Notes under the pieces: generated by a model | What the model was told of the DNA's origin: nothing | What the model saw: only the letters and a program-made list of their open reading frames with translations | Database searches by the model: none | Translations under genes and position numbers: made by a program | Shown: one piece after another, positions 50,390 to 59,932 of the stretch | Numbering within the stretch: position 1 is the first letter of the stretch | Layout: every line of letters begins with the position of its first letter | Assembly (NCBI GenBank): GCA_041665305.1 | Contig: JBAYJD010000007.1 | Location: 6,512-70,511, forward strand | DNA length: 64,000 bases | Direction of reading: 5' to 3' | From: Elusimicrobiales bacterium | GTDB lineage: Bacteria > Elusimicrobiota > Elusimicrobia > Elusimicrobiales > UBA9959

Positions 50390-51562
50390 ATGGATAATGA
50401 AAATTCACTCGCGGAGCTTTCAAGAGGTATAGTGGACATCGTGAGCCGGGAGGATCTGCTTAAAAAACTTTCCTCGGGAAAAAAACTGCGCGTAAAACTG
50501 GGCGTCGATCCCACCAGCCGCGATCTTCATCTCGGACACAGCGTGGTGCTTGGCAAACTTCGTCAGTTCCAGGACCTGGGGCACACGGCCGTTCTGATCA
50601 TAGGGGACTTTACCGCCCAGGTGGGCGACCCCTCCGGCAGGGATTCGACCCGTCCCGTTCTTGACCATGCGACCGTGGCCGGGAACGCGGAGACCTATAC
50701 CCAGCAGGCTTTCAAGGTCCTGGACAGGGAGAAGACCGAGATCCGTTTCAACAGCGAGTGGCTTAAACCTTTCACCGGAGACCAGTCGAAGGGTGTTTCC
50801 GATTTTATAACCGTGGCCAAGAGCATTACAATTTCCCGCCTGCTTGAACGCGAGGATTTTAAGACCCGCATGGCCGCGGGAACCCCTGTCAGCCTGCTCG
50901 AAATACTTTATCCGGTTTTCCAGGGCTATGACTCGGTGGCGATAAAAGCCGATATCGAACTGGGCGGCGCGGACCAGATCTTCAATCTTCTGGTCGGCCG
51001 GGACCTGCAGAAAATATACGATCAGGAACCGCAGGTCGTGATGACCATGCCGCTCCTGGTCGGCACGGACGGCGTAAGGAAGATGTCCAAGTCCTACGGC
51101 AATTATGTCGCCCTGAGCGATACCTCGCAGGAGATGTTCGGCAAGATGATGTCGGTCTCGGACGACCTGATGTATAAATATTACGAGCTGCTGACTTCCG
51201 AGTCTCTGGAGGAAGTGAAGAAGGCCCATCCGATGGAGGCCAAAAAGCGCCTGGCCATGCTGATGGTGGAAAAGTACCACGGGACTGACGACGCCCGGCT
51301 TGCGCGCCGGCACTTTGAGCAGGTCTTCTCCAGAAAAGAACTGCCCGCGGACATGGAGATCTTCCGGGTGGAGCACCCCGGCAAACTTTCCTATATCCTG
51401 GTCGCTTCGGGACTTTGTAAGGGCATGAACGAAGCCAGGCGCCAGATCTCGCAGGGAGCGGTGCGCCTGGACGGTGAAAAAGTCTCCGACGATGTTTTCT
51501 TCGAGCCGAAAGACTGCGTATTGCAGGTCGGCCGCAGGCAGTTCAAAAAATTAACGGCGTAA
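50390..51562 (+). CDS. tyrS: tyrosine--tRNA ligase
   Basis: 390 aa with GVDPTSRDLHLGHSV (HIGH), RKMSKSYGN (KMSKS) and a C-terminal S4-like domain. Confidence 0.95.
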   Translation: MDNENSLAELSRGIVDIVSREDLLKKLSSGKKLRVKLGVDPTSRDLHLGHSVVLGKLRQFQDLGHTAVLIIGDFTAQVGDPSGRDSTRPVLDHATVAGNAETYTQQAFKVLDREKTEIRFNSEWLKPFTGDQSKGVSDFITVAKSITISRLLEREDFKTRMAAGTPVSLLEILYPVFQGYDSVAIKADIELGGADQIFNLLVGRDLQKIYDQEPQVVMTMPLLVGTDGVRKMSKSYGNYVALSDTSQEMFGKMMSVSDDLMYKYYELLTSESLEEVKKAHPMEAKKRLAMLMVEKYHGTDDARLARRHFEQVFSRKELPADMEIFRVEHPGKLSYILVASGLCKGMNEARRQISQGAVRLDGEKVSDDVFFEPKDCVLQVGRRQFKKLTA

Positions 51563-51578
51563 GTTATAACGGTTTATA

Positions 51579-52502
51579 ATGAAGAAATTCCTCCCGCTGC
51601 TTTGGTCCCTGTGTTTTGCGGCCTTTCCCCCCGGGCTTCCGGCCCAAGAGGCTCCACAGACGGAAGATTATAACACGCTGCTACAGCAGGCAATTAAATC
51701 CGGCAGGCTCAGCCAGAGCGCGTCCGGCGACTGGGACGCCCGGGTGAAGAAGATCTCCGGCGTAGTGCGGGTCAGGGCTTCGGACGGCGACGACTGGTCC
51801 GTTCTCGCGGATGAGATGCCGCTCGAACTCGCGGATTCCATAAAGACCTCGGACGGGGTGGCGGAAGTGTATCTGGACGACGGCGGAGTCATTACGGTCG
51901 GCAGGAATACGGAATTGGAAATCTCTTCGCTTGGCAAGGACGAGTCCTTGTTTACGCTGAAATCCGGCAATATAGCGGCGAAGATCAGGCATTTCCTGGA
52001 CGAAAAACTGAAAATGCAGGTGCGTACTCCCTCGGCCGTCTGCGCGGTGCGGGGTACGGAATTCGCCGTGGAATACTCCCAACTGGGGAAGGATACCGCG
52101 GTGGCGGTTTTTGACGAAGGCCGCGTGGCGGTGAGCCCTCAGGCTGAGAACGGCCAGCCGCAAGGCGAATATCTGCTGGAAAAGAACACCGAGCTAGTGC
52201 TGGCCCAGTCCCAGAAGCGTTTCAGGGCCGTACCGCTGTCCCGCATGAGCCGCTACCGGACGGTGATAATAGCCATGCGCGCCCGCCTGGGCGTTCTTAA
52301 AAAAACCTGGAAGCCGGCCGGCGCCGCCAGGAAAACGGCCCTCCGTGACGCTGTTTTCAGGCGCAAGGGCGGGAGCCGGATCGAGCCGGACAAGCCCGCC
52401 CGCGCAGTCAAAAAAGGCAAACCGGGCCGGCGGGTTAAAAAACCGTTTAAAAACAGGGTCAAACGCAAAGCGCAAATGCCGGCCCTGCTCCATGACAAGT
52501 AG
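51579..52502 (+). CDS. secreted FecR-domain protein with a basic C-terminal tail
   Basis: 307 aa with a signal peptide. The FecR-like core is VRVRASDGDDWSV...ADSIKTSDGVAEVYLDDGGVITVGRNTELEI...TPSAVCAVRGTEFAVEY. Confidence 0.65.
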   Translation: MKKFLPLLWSLCFAAFPPGLPAQEAPQTEDYNTLLQQAIKSGRLSQSASGDWDARVKKISGVVRVRASDGDDWSVLADEMPLELADSIKTSDGVAEVYLDDGGVITVGRNTELEISSLGKDESLFTLKSGNIAAKIRHFLDEKLKMQVRTPSAVCAVRGTEFAVEYSQLGKDTAVAVFDEGRVAVSPQAENGQPQGEYLLEKNTELVLAQSQKRFRAVPLSRMSRYRTVIIAMRARLGVLKKTWKPAGAARKTALRDAVFRRKGGSRIEPDKPARAVKKGKPGRRVKKPFKNRVKRKAQMPALLHDK

Positions 52503-52508
52503 CATCTT

Positions 52509-53111
52509 ATGCGCCTTTTTATCGCTTCGGGTTTTTCAGGTCCGGTCCGTGAACGGATACGAAACTTGCAGGACTCGGCCGGGCCCGGGTTAGGCAGTTC
52601 CGTAAAATGGGTGAAGCCGGAGAATCTGCACATAACTTATGTTTTTCTCGGCGATACTACGCGTCATGAAGAATTACCGGCGATAAGGAAAAGCCTGGAT
52701 GAAGCCGCGGGGGCATCCGGGAAGGTTCCCGTGACCTTGGGCGGACTCGGAGCTTTTCCCTCGCTTGAGTATCCGCGCGTGTTGTGGCTGGGATTTAAAG
52801 ACGGAAGGGACGCGCTTAAGGCCATAGCCGGGCGGATCCACGAAGGTTTGACGAGGGAGGGTTTTGTTTTTGAACATGGGTTCTCCCCCCATGTCACTAT
52901 CGCCCGGGTGAACCACCCCGGTCGCGCGCCGGATCGGCATGAAAAACGCGGGGAGAAATTCCGTCCGGATCGCGGCGCGATGGCGGCGTTGGCGGAGAGG
53001 GCGGATGAGCCCGGGCCGGGCGACACGGTGGGTTCCCTGGACCTTATGGAGAGCAGGCTCTCAAGCCGGGGGCCTGAGTACAGGGTGGTGTATTCGAAAG
53101 AACTTTTATGA
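52509..53111 (+). CDS. thpR: RNA 2',3'-cyclic phosphodiesterase (2H family, ThpR/LigT)
   Basis: Two HxT/S motifs: LHITYVFLG and PHVTIARV. Confidence 0.85.
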   Translation: MRLFIASGFSGPVRERIRNLQDSAGPGLGSSVKWVKPENLHITYVFLGDTTRHEELPAIRKSLDEAAGASGKVPVTLGGLGAFPSLEYPRVLWLGFKDGRDALKAIAGRIHEGLTREGFVFEHGFSPHVTIARVNHPGRAPDRHEKRGEKFRPDRGAMAALAERADEPGPGDTVGSLDLMESRLSSRGPEYRVVYSKELL

Positions 53112-54076
53112 AAACGCTTAAAAATATTCTGGTCACGCTGGTGCTGCTTGCGATCTTGGGTTCGATCTACCTTTTCTGGCCGGGGGAGAAAATCACGGTG
53201 GTCATTCCTGAAGGAGCCGCCGCCAGGCAGGTCGCAGGCCTCCTTAAAAGCAATGATGTCATTTATAGCGCCACCTGGTTCAGGGTGCTGGTAAAGATCA
53301 CCGGTACCGGCAGGAAGATCATGCCCGGCGAATACTCTTTTCGCAAGTATATGTCTTCGGAAGAGGCTTTGTGGCGCCTGCTGCACAGCACATATGTCAA
53401 CAATGTCAGGGTGGTCATTCCTGAAGGCTGGCGTATAGAGCAGATAGCGGAGCGCCTGGCTGCCAACGGCGTGACCAACGGGAGAGAATTTGAGGATCTG
53501 GCCAGAAAAAACCGGCTTGAGGGATATCTTTTCCCCTCCACTTATCAGTTCAAAAAAAATATACCCGCCAAGGACGCTATAAATTTGCTAAAATTAGAGT
53601 TTGACAGGCAGATAAGGCCGTTGTTCTCTAAAGGTTTCCCGGAAGGTCTGGACGAGCAGAAGATTCTCGTGTTTGCTTCCATAGTCGAACGCGAGGCGGC
53701 GATTGCCAGCGAACGCCCGCTTATAGCGGCGGTTTATTTGAACAGGTACTATAAGGGCATGGCGCTTGAAGCCGATCCGACCGTGCAGTACGCTCTCGGC
53801 TACTGGGAAAAGGGCAGGACCTATTGGAAAAAAGGCCTGACCTACAAGGACTTGAAATTTAAATCCGCCTACAACACCTATGCGGTCGGCGGCCTTCCGC
53901 CGGGGCCTATCTGCAATCCGGGCGTCGATTCCGTCAACGCGGTCATGAATCCGGCCAGAATCGACGCGCTGTACTTCGTGGCCGATAGAAAGGGCAAGCA
54001 TATTTTCAACGCAAAGTTCAGCGAGCATCTGAAAGCCAAAAAGCGCATCGAACAGGAAGCAAGAGCGCAGGAGTAG
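53108..54076 (+). CDS. mltG: endolytic murein transglycosylase MltG (YceG-like)
   Basis: 322 aa. N-terminal TM, then IPEGWRIEQIAERL, ASIVEREA and YNTYAVGGLPPGPICNPG. Confidence 0.92.
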   Translation: MKTLKNILVTLVLLAILGSIYLFWPGEKITVVIPEGAAARQVAGLLKSNDVIYSATWFRVLVKITGTGRKIMPGEYSFRKYMSSEEALWRLLHSTYVNNVRVVIPEGWRIEQIAERLAANGVTNGREFEDLARKNRLEGYLFPSTYQFKKNIPAKDAINLLKLEFDRQIRPLFSKGFPEGLDEQKILVFASIVEREAAIASERPLIAAVYLNRYYKGMALEADPTVQYALGYWEKGRTYWKKGLTYKDLKFKSAYNTYAVGGLPPGPICNPGVDSVNAVMNPARIDALYFVADRKGKHIFNAKFSEHLKAKKRIEQEARAQE

Positions 54077-54172
54077 TATTAGAGTCAAGAGTTTGGAAGG
54101 TCAGGGAGTTCCGCGGCCCCAGAGAGTCGTAATTCCGCCGGCTCGCGGCTCCGCAGCCGTCCAACCCACATC

Positions 54173-54245
54173 GGGCGTGTAGCTCAGTTGGGAGAGCGCC
54201 TCGTTCGCAACGAGGAGGTCGCAGGTTCGATCCCTGTCACGTCCA
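54173..54245 (+). tRNA. tRNA-Ala (anticodon CGC)
   Basis: 73-nt cloverleaf folded by hand. Acceptor GGGCGTG/CACGTCC with the G3:U70 Ala identity pair, anticodon loop TTCGCAA, T-loop GGTTCGATCC. CCA is not encoded. Confidence 0.93.
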
Positions 54246-54290
54246 CAAGATTTGATACGCCTTACGGTTCGCGTTTTTTGGGAGGCATGC

Positions 54291-54821
54291 ATGGCCGCAG
54301 AATATTTCCCCTTGAAAGAAAATACCAGGTTCGAATATAAATATAAAAGCACGGAATTTGAAGGGGTCGCCAGGGTATTCATCGATATCGTCAAGATCGC
54401 TAAAAAGCCGGGCAGGACCGTGGCCCAGGCCAAGATGATCTTTGAGCTGCGCGATACGCACACGGACGAGTATACCATCACACGCGACAGCAAGTGGCTG
54501 ACCACCGCCGACGGCGTCATGGTCGGCGGCCGCAGGGAGTTCCCCTCCTGCCCCAAGGAAGGCGTGAATTGGAACGAATCGCCGGATGTTAACGAGATAG
54601 TTTCCATGTCCGACAAGGTTTCCATCAAGGCCGGAAAATTTCAGAATTGCATGAAAATAGTGACCAGGCTTGCGGGCGGAGACGCCGGCAAATCCGTCCG
54701 GTACTACGCTCCCGGCGTAGGCTATATACTTGAAGAGTACATCGGCGACGACAAGACCTGCGTGCTTGAACTTGTCTCCGTGAGCCGGATCCCCGCGGCT
54801 CCGGCCAAAAAAAAACGATAA
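54291..54821 (+). CDS. hypothetical protein
   Basis: ORF 54252-54821. The likely start is ATG 54291 (MAAEYFPL), 5 nt after GGAGG. No domain recognised. Confidence 0.5.
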   Translation: MAAEYFPLKENTRFEYKYKSTEFEGVARVFIDIVKIAKKPGRTVAQAKMIFELRDTHTDEYTITRDSKWLTTADGVMVGGRREFPSCPKEGVNWNESPDVNEIVSMSDKVSIKAGKFQNCMKIVTRLAGGDAGKSVRYYAPGVGYILEEYIGDDKTCVLELVSVSRIPAAPAKKKR

Positions 54822-54842
54822 TCCCGCGCATTGGAGTCCCAA

Positions 54843-56246
54843 ATGGCGACCATGACAGTGAAAGAACTGCTTAAGAGTTCCTCCGTCCGTTCGAACATCG
54901 TGGTCAAGGGCTGGATAAAGACCCGGCGGGATTCCAAGGCCTTTTCTTTCGCGGAATTGAACGACGGCTCCTCCCGCGAGAACCTTCAGATAATTTTCGA
55001 ACCCGGGAACGGGGATTTTGCCGCCGTATTGCCCAGGCTGGTCACCGGCGCTTCCGTCGCCGTTACCGGGGATCTGCGGGAAGCCCCGGCCGGCGCGAAA
55101 CAAAAAACGGAACTCCATGCCAAAAAAGTGGAAATTTACGGGGATTGCGACCCTGAAAAATTCCCCATCCAGAAGAAACAGACTTCCGACGACTTCCTTC
55201 GCACGGTGGCCCACCTGCGTCCCCGCACCAATAAATACGCCGCCATGCTTCGCATCCGTTCCGAGCTTTCCTTCGCAGTGCACAAATATTTCCGGGATAA
55301 CGGTTTTTTTTATGTTCATACGCCCATCCTCACCGCCTCCGATTGCGAGGGCGCGGGACAGATGTTCACGGCTACCAGCCTGGACCTCGGCAATGCCGCC
55401 GCTTTACCCAAAACCGGCGCGGGCGAGATAGATTTTTCAAAAGACCTCTTCGGCAAGAAGACCTATCTGACGGTTTCCGGCCAGCTTGAGGGTGAAACGC
55501 TGGCCCTGGCCCTTGGAAAGATCTATACCTTCGGGCCGACCTTCAGGGCTGAGAACTCCAACACCTACCGCCACTGCGCCGAGTTCTGGATGATAGAGCC
55601 GGAAATGGCGTTTTATGAGCTTGACGACGATATGGACCTTGCCGAGGATTTCGTCAAGAGCATAACCCGGCATGTGCTGGAGCACTGCCGGGGAGACCTG
55701 GACCTGTTCGCCAGGTTCGTGGATACCGGCCTTATGGACACTTTAAAAAACGTCACCGAGAACAAGTACGAACGCATCTCATATACCGACGCGGTAAAAC
55801 TTCTGGAGCCGGTCAACGACCGTTTTGAAACCAGGATCAAGTGGGGCGTGGACCTGGCTTCGGAACACGAAAGGTTCCTGGTGGAGAATTATTTTAAAAA
55901 ACCGGCCATACTATACAACAAGCCCAAGAACGCGGCGGCGTTCTATATGAAGCTCAACGACGATGGGGCGACCGTGCGCGGCATGGACCTCCTGGTCCCG
56001 CGCATCGGAGAACTGATCGGCGGCAGTGAACGCGAAAATCGTCTTGCCGTGCTTGAAAGCAAAATGGCCGACTGCAAGATCAGCCCGGAAACCTACTGGT
56101 GGTACCTTGACCTTAGGCGCTACGGCTCGGTGCCCCACTCCGGCTTCGGGCTTGGTTTTGAACGGATGATGATGCTGGCCACCGGTATTTCCAATATCCG
56201 CGATGTTACCGCCTATCCGAGGGTTCCGGGCTACGCGGAGTTCTAA
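54843..56246 (+). CDS. asnS: asparagine--tRNA ligase
   Basis: Class II motifs FRAENSNTYRHCAEFWMIEPEMAF and GFGLGFERMMM, with an N-terminal OB fold. ATG 54843 (MATMTVKELL). Confidence 0.95.
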   Translation: MATMTVKELLKSSSVRSNIVVKGWIKTRRDSKAFSFAELNDGSSRENLQIIFEPGNGDFAAVLPRLVTGASVAVTGDLREAPAGAKQKTELHAKKVEIYGDCDPEKFPIQKKQTSDDFLRTVAHLRPRTNKYAAMLRIRSELSFAVHKYFRDNGFFYVHTPILTASDCEGAGQMFTATSLDLGNAAALPKTGAGEIDFSKDLFGKKTYLTVSGQLEGETLALALGKIYTFGPTFRAENSNTYRHCAEFWMIEPEMAFYELDDDMDLAEDFVKSITRHVLEHCRGDLDLFARFVDTGLMDTLKNVTENKYERISYTDAVKLLEPVNDRFETRIKWGVDLASEHERFLVENYFKKPAILYNKPKNAAAFYMKLNDDGATVRGMDLLVPRIGELIGGSERENRLAVLESKMADCKISPETYWWYLDLRRYGSVPHSGFGLGFERMMMLATGISNIRDVTAYPRVPGYAEF

Positions 56247-56249
56247 TAT

Positions 56250-56282
56250 AAAAAGCGCGATGGAAATCCATCGCGCTTTTTA
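56250..56282 (+). terminator. Rho-independent (bidirectional) terminator after asnS
   Basis: AGCGCGATGG (56254-56263) pairs with CCATCGCGCT (56268-56277), flanked by an A-run and a T-run. Confidence 0.8.
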
Positions 56283-56356
56283 TATCCGGGTGCGCGCGTA
56301 CGCTTGGTGAGAAAGTCCGCTATAGGGGCGGAAGAGGAACCTGCCGTCGGGCCCGG

Positions 56357-56896
56357 TCAGCGGGCGTTGGTCTCCAGATAATATTTGGCCTGCATGATAT
56401 TCATCAGGTTGTCGCCGTAATCCAGCAGGACGATCTTCGTCCGGGGCCTGGAGGCGATCCTGACCTTCGCAAAGCCGTCCTTCCTCTCGGAAAAGTCAAT
56501 GGAAAAAATATTGCCGTAACCTTTCCAGTTCCACGGGGTCCGGGCGGTTATCAGGCCTTTGCCGGGGTTCTCCGCGGTAATGGCGTACCCGGCTATATCG
56601 GCGACATAATGCCGGCACAGAGCGAAGAGCTTTTCATGGGGCATGGAAGTGGAGAGTTCCGCCTCCCGCGCCGGGGAATAGGGGTCGGCCACGGGCGTTC
56701 CTCCCGCGTATTTTTTTATCATGAGAATATGCAGGGTCCCCGCCCCCAGCGACATGAAGAGTCCGAAGGCCGCGCACAGGTATAACGCGTCCGCCGGGGA
56801 GGGCGCCGCCGTCCATCCCAAACGGTAGACCATCAACTCCAGGACGCCGAAGAGAATAAAGTTTATAAAGAAAACCTTGAAATAGAATCTGATCAT
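56357..56896 (-). CDS. membrane protein, function unknown
   Basis: 179 aa with two N-terminal hydrophobic helices. No domain recognised. Confidence 0.5.
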   Translation of the reverse strand: MIRFYFKVFFINFILFGVLELMVYRLGWTAAPSPADALYLCAAFGLFMSLGAGTLHILMIKKYAGGTPVADPYSPAREAELSTSMPHEKLFALCRHYVADIAGYAITAENPGKGLITARTPWNWKGYGNIFSIDFSERKDGFAKVRIASRPRTKIVLLDYGDNLMNIMQAKYYLETNAR

Positions 56897-56931
56897 AACA
56901 GTAAATCCTCCCCGTTATTCTACTTTCGTGG

Positions 56932-57825
56932 TCACTGGAAGAAGTACATGTTGACTATGTAATTGATCGTGAGCTCTCCGGAGACGAAGGGCTCGTCCAG
57001 CTTGATGATCCTCGCCCCGATGAATTCCTTGCCGTTTTCCCTGAGAAATTTTTTGTATTCCTCAAGCTTCGTCCTGGCTCCCTCTTCAGTGTCGGACCAC
57101 TTGGTTTTGGCCCCGAGCTCTTTCCCTATATAAACCAGCGAGTATGACGAGTCTTTTTTTACGATCCGCACCGAGTCCGTTACGATGTCGAAGTCGATGT
57201 CTTCGCCGGCTTTGAGCTGTCGGAGACGGATCTCATGCGCGGGCGTTTCATCGGGTTTCGTCAGGTAATAAAGCTTGAAAGTAGGTCGGAAAGCCTCGTG
57301 TTTGACGGTAAAGGCCGCTACAGGCGTCATGCCGGCCTTTTGAAGCGGTTCAAGAAGCTCGCGCTGAAGTTCGTTTATCTCCTCCGGGTTCAGCGCGTCG
57401 TACCGGAGCTGTTCGGCGAAAAAATCGCGGACTACCAGGCCGTTGTCCGATTCGTAGCTAAGCGCGCCGAAGGCGTCCTTATATTCAGTGCCCGCGGGCC
57501 TGAGGTTGAATCGTTCAAGTATGGGAGTCCACAGGTTCACGAACTCGCTGAACTTCGATTCGGTGTCGGCGTGGGTGAAGAGCCTGCTTTTCTCGCTTTG
57601 GGCCAGAAGGTGAAGTCCGGTTATCTCGCCTGTGACATGCCCGCCTTTTTCATCGCTGTTTTTGCCGTCACCGGCGAAAAATGCCGGCATAGGCAGGCTG
57701 GGTTCGGCGGTTTTAATCCCGCTGAGGGCGGGGCCGTTAAACTCCGTGGAATTTAAGTTAAGTTCCACGGCGTATGCGCCTGTGGTCAAAAACGATATTG
57801 CCGCTGTAATTACTACGCTTTTCAT
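56932..57825 (-). CDS. secreted hypothetical protein
   Basis: 297 aa with signal peptide MKSVVITAAISFLTTGAYA. No domain recognised. Confidence 0.5.
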   Translation of the reverse strand: MKSVVITAAISFLTTGAYAVELNLNSTEFNGPALSGIKTAEPSLPMPAFFAGDGKNSDEKGGHVTGEITGLHLLAQSEKSRLFTHADTESKFSEFVNLWTPILERFNLRPAGTEYKDAFGALSYESDNGLVVRDFFAEQLRYDALNPEEINELQRELLEPLQKAGMTPVAAFTVKHEAFRPTFKLYYLTKPDETPAHEIRLRQLKAGEDIDFDIVTDSVRIVKKDSSYSLVYIGKELGAKTKWSDTEEGARTKLEEYKKFLRENGKEFIGARIIKLDEPFVSGELTINYIVNMYFFQ

Positions 57826-57974
57826 ATCACCCTCCGTTACATGGCTTAAGTTATTAGTATTTTACCTTATTTCCCCGCCCCGGCAGTGAATCCCAAAAAA
57901 TCAGGGTCGTCCGATCTTTTTTAGGATCCCGTGAAGTTCTTGCGCTTGCCGCGCAAATTGCCGCCTGCGCATCT

Positions 57975-59171
57975 CTACGCCAGCCGCTGCCGTTCCCACT
58001 GCCCGAACGCCTGGCCGCGGGAACATAGGGTCCGGAGGAATTTTTCGGTCCTTGCGCTTAACGCTCCCGGAGTTTCCCCGGCGAAAGGGGTTTGCGGCAG
58101 CGGCATGAAGGTGTGGGCGTGGATCCTGGCGCCCAGTTTCACCAGGTCTTCCATCACCTTGATAGTGGATCGCGCGTCATGTTCTGTTTCTCCGGGCAGC
58201 CCGAAGATAAAATCCACATTCGCGTCGAATCCCGCGCCGGCGGCCAGTTCCGTCGCGCGGTAGATATCGTCAACGGTGTGTCCCCGGCGGATGGCTTCAA
58301 GCATCCGAAGGCTGCCGCTTTGGGCGCCTATGACCAGGCGGTTATTGCTGGCATAGCGGCGGGTGAGTTTCAGCATTTCCGGGGTCACATGGTCGGGCCT
58401 GACCTCGGAAGGGAAGGTGCCGAAGAAGATCCCGCCCTTGTCTCCGACGATAGCGCGGGCGCCTTTCAGGAGCGCTTCAACTTTGTCCGGCGCCGTTGTC
58501 CGGCCGTTCTTTGAGCCGTAGGCGAAGGCGTCGGGGGAAAGGAACCGGATATCCGTCATTTTCTCGCTGCTCATATGGCCGACCATAGACAGGATGTTTT
58601 CAACGCCGCGGTGGCGCTGTCCGGTTCCGAAGAGATAGGAGGTCTGGCAGTAAGAGCAGCCGAAAGGGCAGCCGCGCGTTATTTCTATCGCGCCGAACAT
58701 ATGCCATTTCGGGGAGAACGGAAGGTAATCGTCCAGGACCAGCCCGCCGGCGGAGGCGATGATCCTTTCACCGGCCTCTCCTCCTTTCAACAGCGCGCGC
58801 GCCAGGTCCACTATCGCTTTTTCCCCCTCCCCTTTTACGACATGATCCGCCCCCATGTCCCTGACCTCTTGCGGCGCGCCGCTCGGATGCGCTCCGCCTG
58901 CAAGGATCAGCGCCCGTGCGCCGAAGCACGCGCGCAGACGCTTTATAAGCTTTTCGATATGCGGCGCCTGAGAGGTAAAGAACGACAGCGCTACGGCCGT
59001 CTTATGGCCCTTCGTCAGGGAGTTCCGGACTTCCTCTATAAGGGCTTTTTCGGTTTCAGGAAGAAAAACGTTCAGGGAGGCAAGGCCGGAGCTTTCGAGC
59101 GCTCCGCCCAGCGCGTTGAAACTGTAGCGGTTTTCCCTTGTATAGTAGAAGATCAGATCTAGAGTGGGCAT
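57975..59171 (-). CDS. B12-binding-domain / radical SAM protein
   Basis: 398 aa. N-terminal Rossmann-like B12-binding region and the radical SAM cluster motif ITRGCPFGCSYCQTS. Confidence 0.8.
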   Translation of the reverse strand: MPTLDLIFYYTRENRYSFNALGGALESSGLASLNVFLPETEKALIEEVRNSLTKGHKTAVALSFFTSQAPHIEKLIKRLRACFGARALILAGGAHPSGAPQEVRDMGADHVVKGEGEKAIVDLARALLKGGEAGERIIASAGGLVLDDYLPFSPKWHMFGAIEITRGCPFGCSYCQTSYLFGTGQRHRGVENILSMVGHMSSEKMTDIRFLSPDAFAYGSKNGRTTAPDKVEALLKGARAIVGDKGGIFFGTFPSEVRPDHVTPEMLKLTRRYASNNRLVIGAQSGSLRMLEAIRRGHTVDDIYRATELAAGAGFDANVDFIFGLPGETEHDARSTIKVMEDLVKLGARIHAHTFMPLPQTPFAGETPGALSARTEKFLRTLCSRGQAFGQWERQRLA

Positions 59172-59230
59172 TCTGTTCGCGGTCGCGGGACCTGGAGATC
59201 AGCGGCGAGCCATGCGCCGCGGGCCGCGTA

Positions 59231-59932
59231 TCACTTCTCACCTGCCGTCAGCCGTTGATCGTGTTTCACCAGATCAAGATAGGCCCTTGCCATCGCCATG
59301 TCCAGCCACGGCAGGAAAACCATGGTCTTTAAAAGGAAGGCCGTCACGACCCAGGGTTTAAGGTCCAGGACCAGGCGCATACTGGTTATGGAACCTTCGG
59401 CTCTCATTACCCCGGGCGTGAATATTTCCAGCATTACCCACAGCATGGCGACCGGCAAAAGCCTCTCTTTAAATCCATTGGAAAGCCGCGAACTGCGCGC
59501 GAACGAAGCCCTGACGCCGGTTTTCGCGTCTATGACCGAATATTGGGCGAATATATACGCGAGTCCCCAGACGACGCCGGGGACCACAAGCATCACCAGC
59601 CCGGCGGTGACTATAATCCCGTACGCGAAGGAGACCGCTATCGCGGCCGGGAGAACCGAGAAGCCGCGGAAGAGGTCGCCATAGTCCGCCCGCCCGCTGC
59701 GGTTGAGATTGATGAAGAACAGGTTCATTCCCACGGTCATCGGCGCGCCTATGACGATCTCCCAGGGCAGGGCGTACCAGCGGTTCTCAAAATATTTCCA
59801 GAACAAGAGCGAAGGCAGGACGGCCGTTATCTGGTACGACAGCACGGCCGGCAGGATGTAATGGTATCCGTCCAGGGCCGAGTTCCAGCCTTCTTTCAGC
59901 CAGACAAAAGTTAAGGCTCCGTTCTTATTCAT
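59231..59932 (-). CDS. polytopic integral membrane protein, function unknown
   Basis: 233 aa with about 6 hydrophobic helices. 8-nt overlap with the lipA stop. Confidence 0.5.
   Translation of the reverse strand: MNKNGALTFVWLKEGWNSALDGYHYILPAVLSYQITAVLPSLLFWKYFENRWYALPWEIVIGAPMTVGMNLFFINLNRSGRADYGDLFRGFSVLPAAIAVSFAYGIIVTAGLVMLVVPGVVWGLAYIFAQYSVIDAKTGVRASFARSSRLSNGFKERLLPVAMLWVMLEIFTPGVMRAEGSITSMRLVLDLKPWVVTAFLLKTMVFLPWLDMAMARAYLDLVKHDQRLTAGEK

Noticed and set aside
54101-55319. Minus-strand ORFs 54101-54628 and 54237-55319 overlapping tRNA-Ala, the hypothetical gene and asnS
   Set aside because: They overlap a well-folded tRNA and the asnS frame, and have low-complexity translations.
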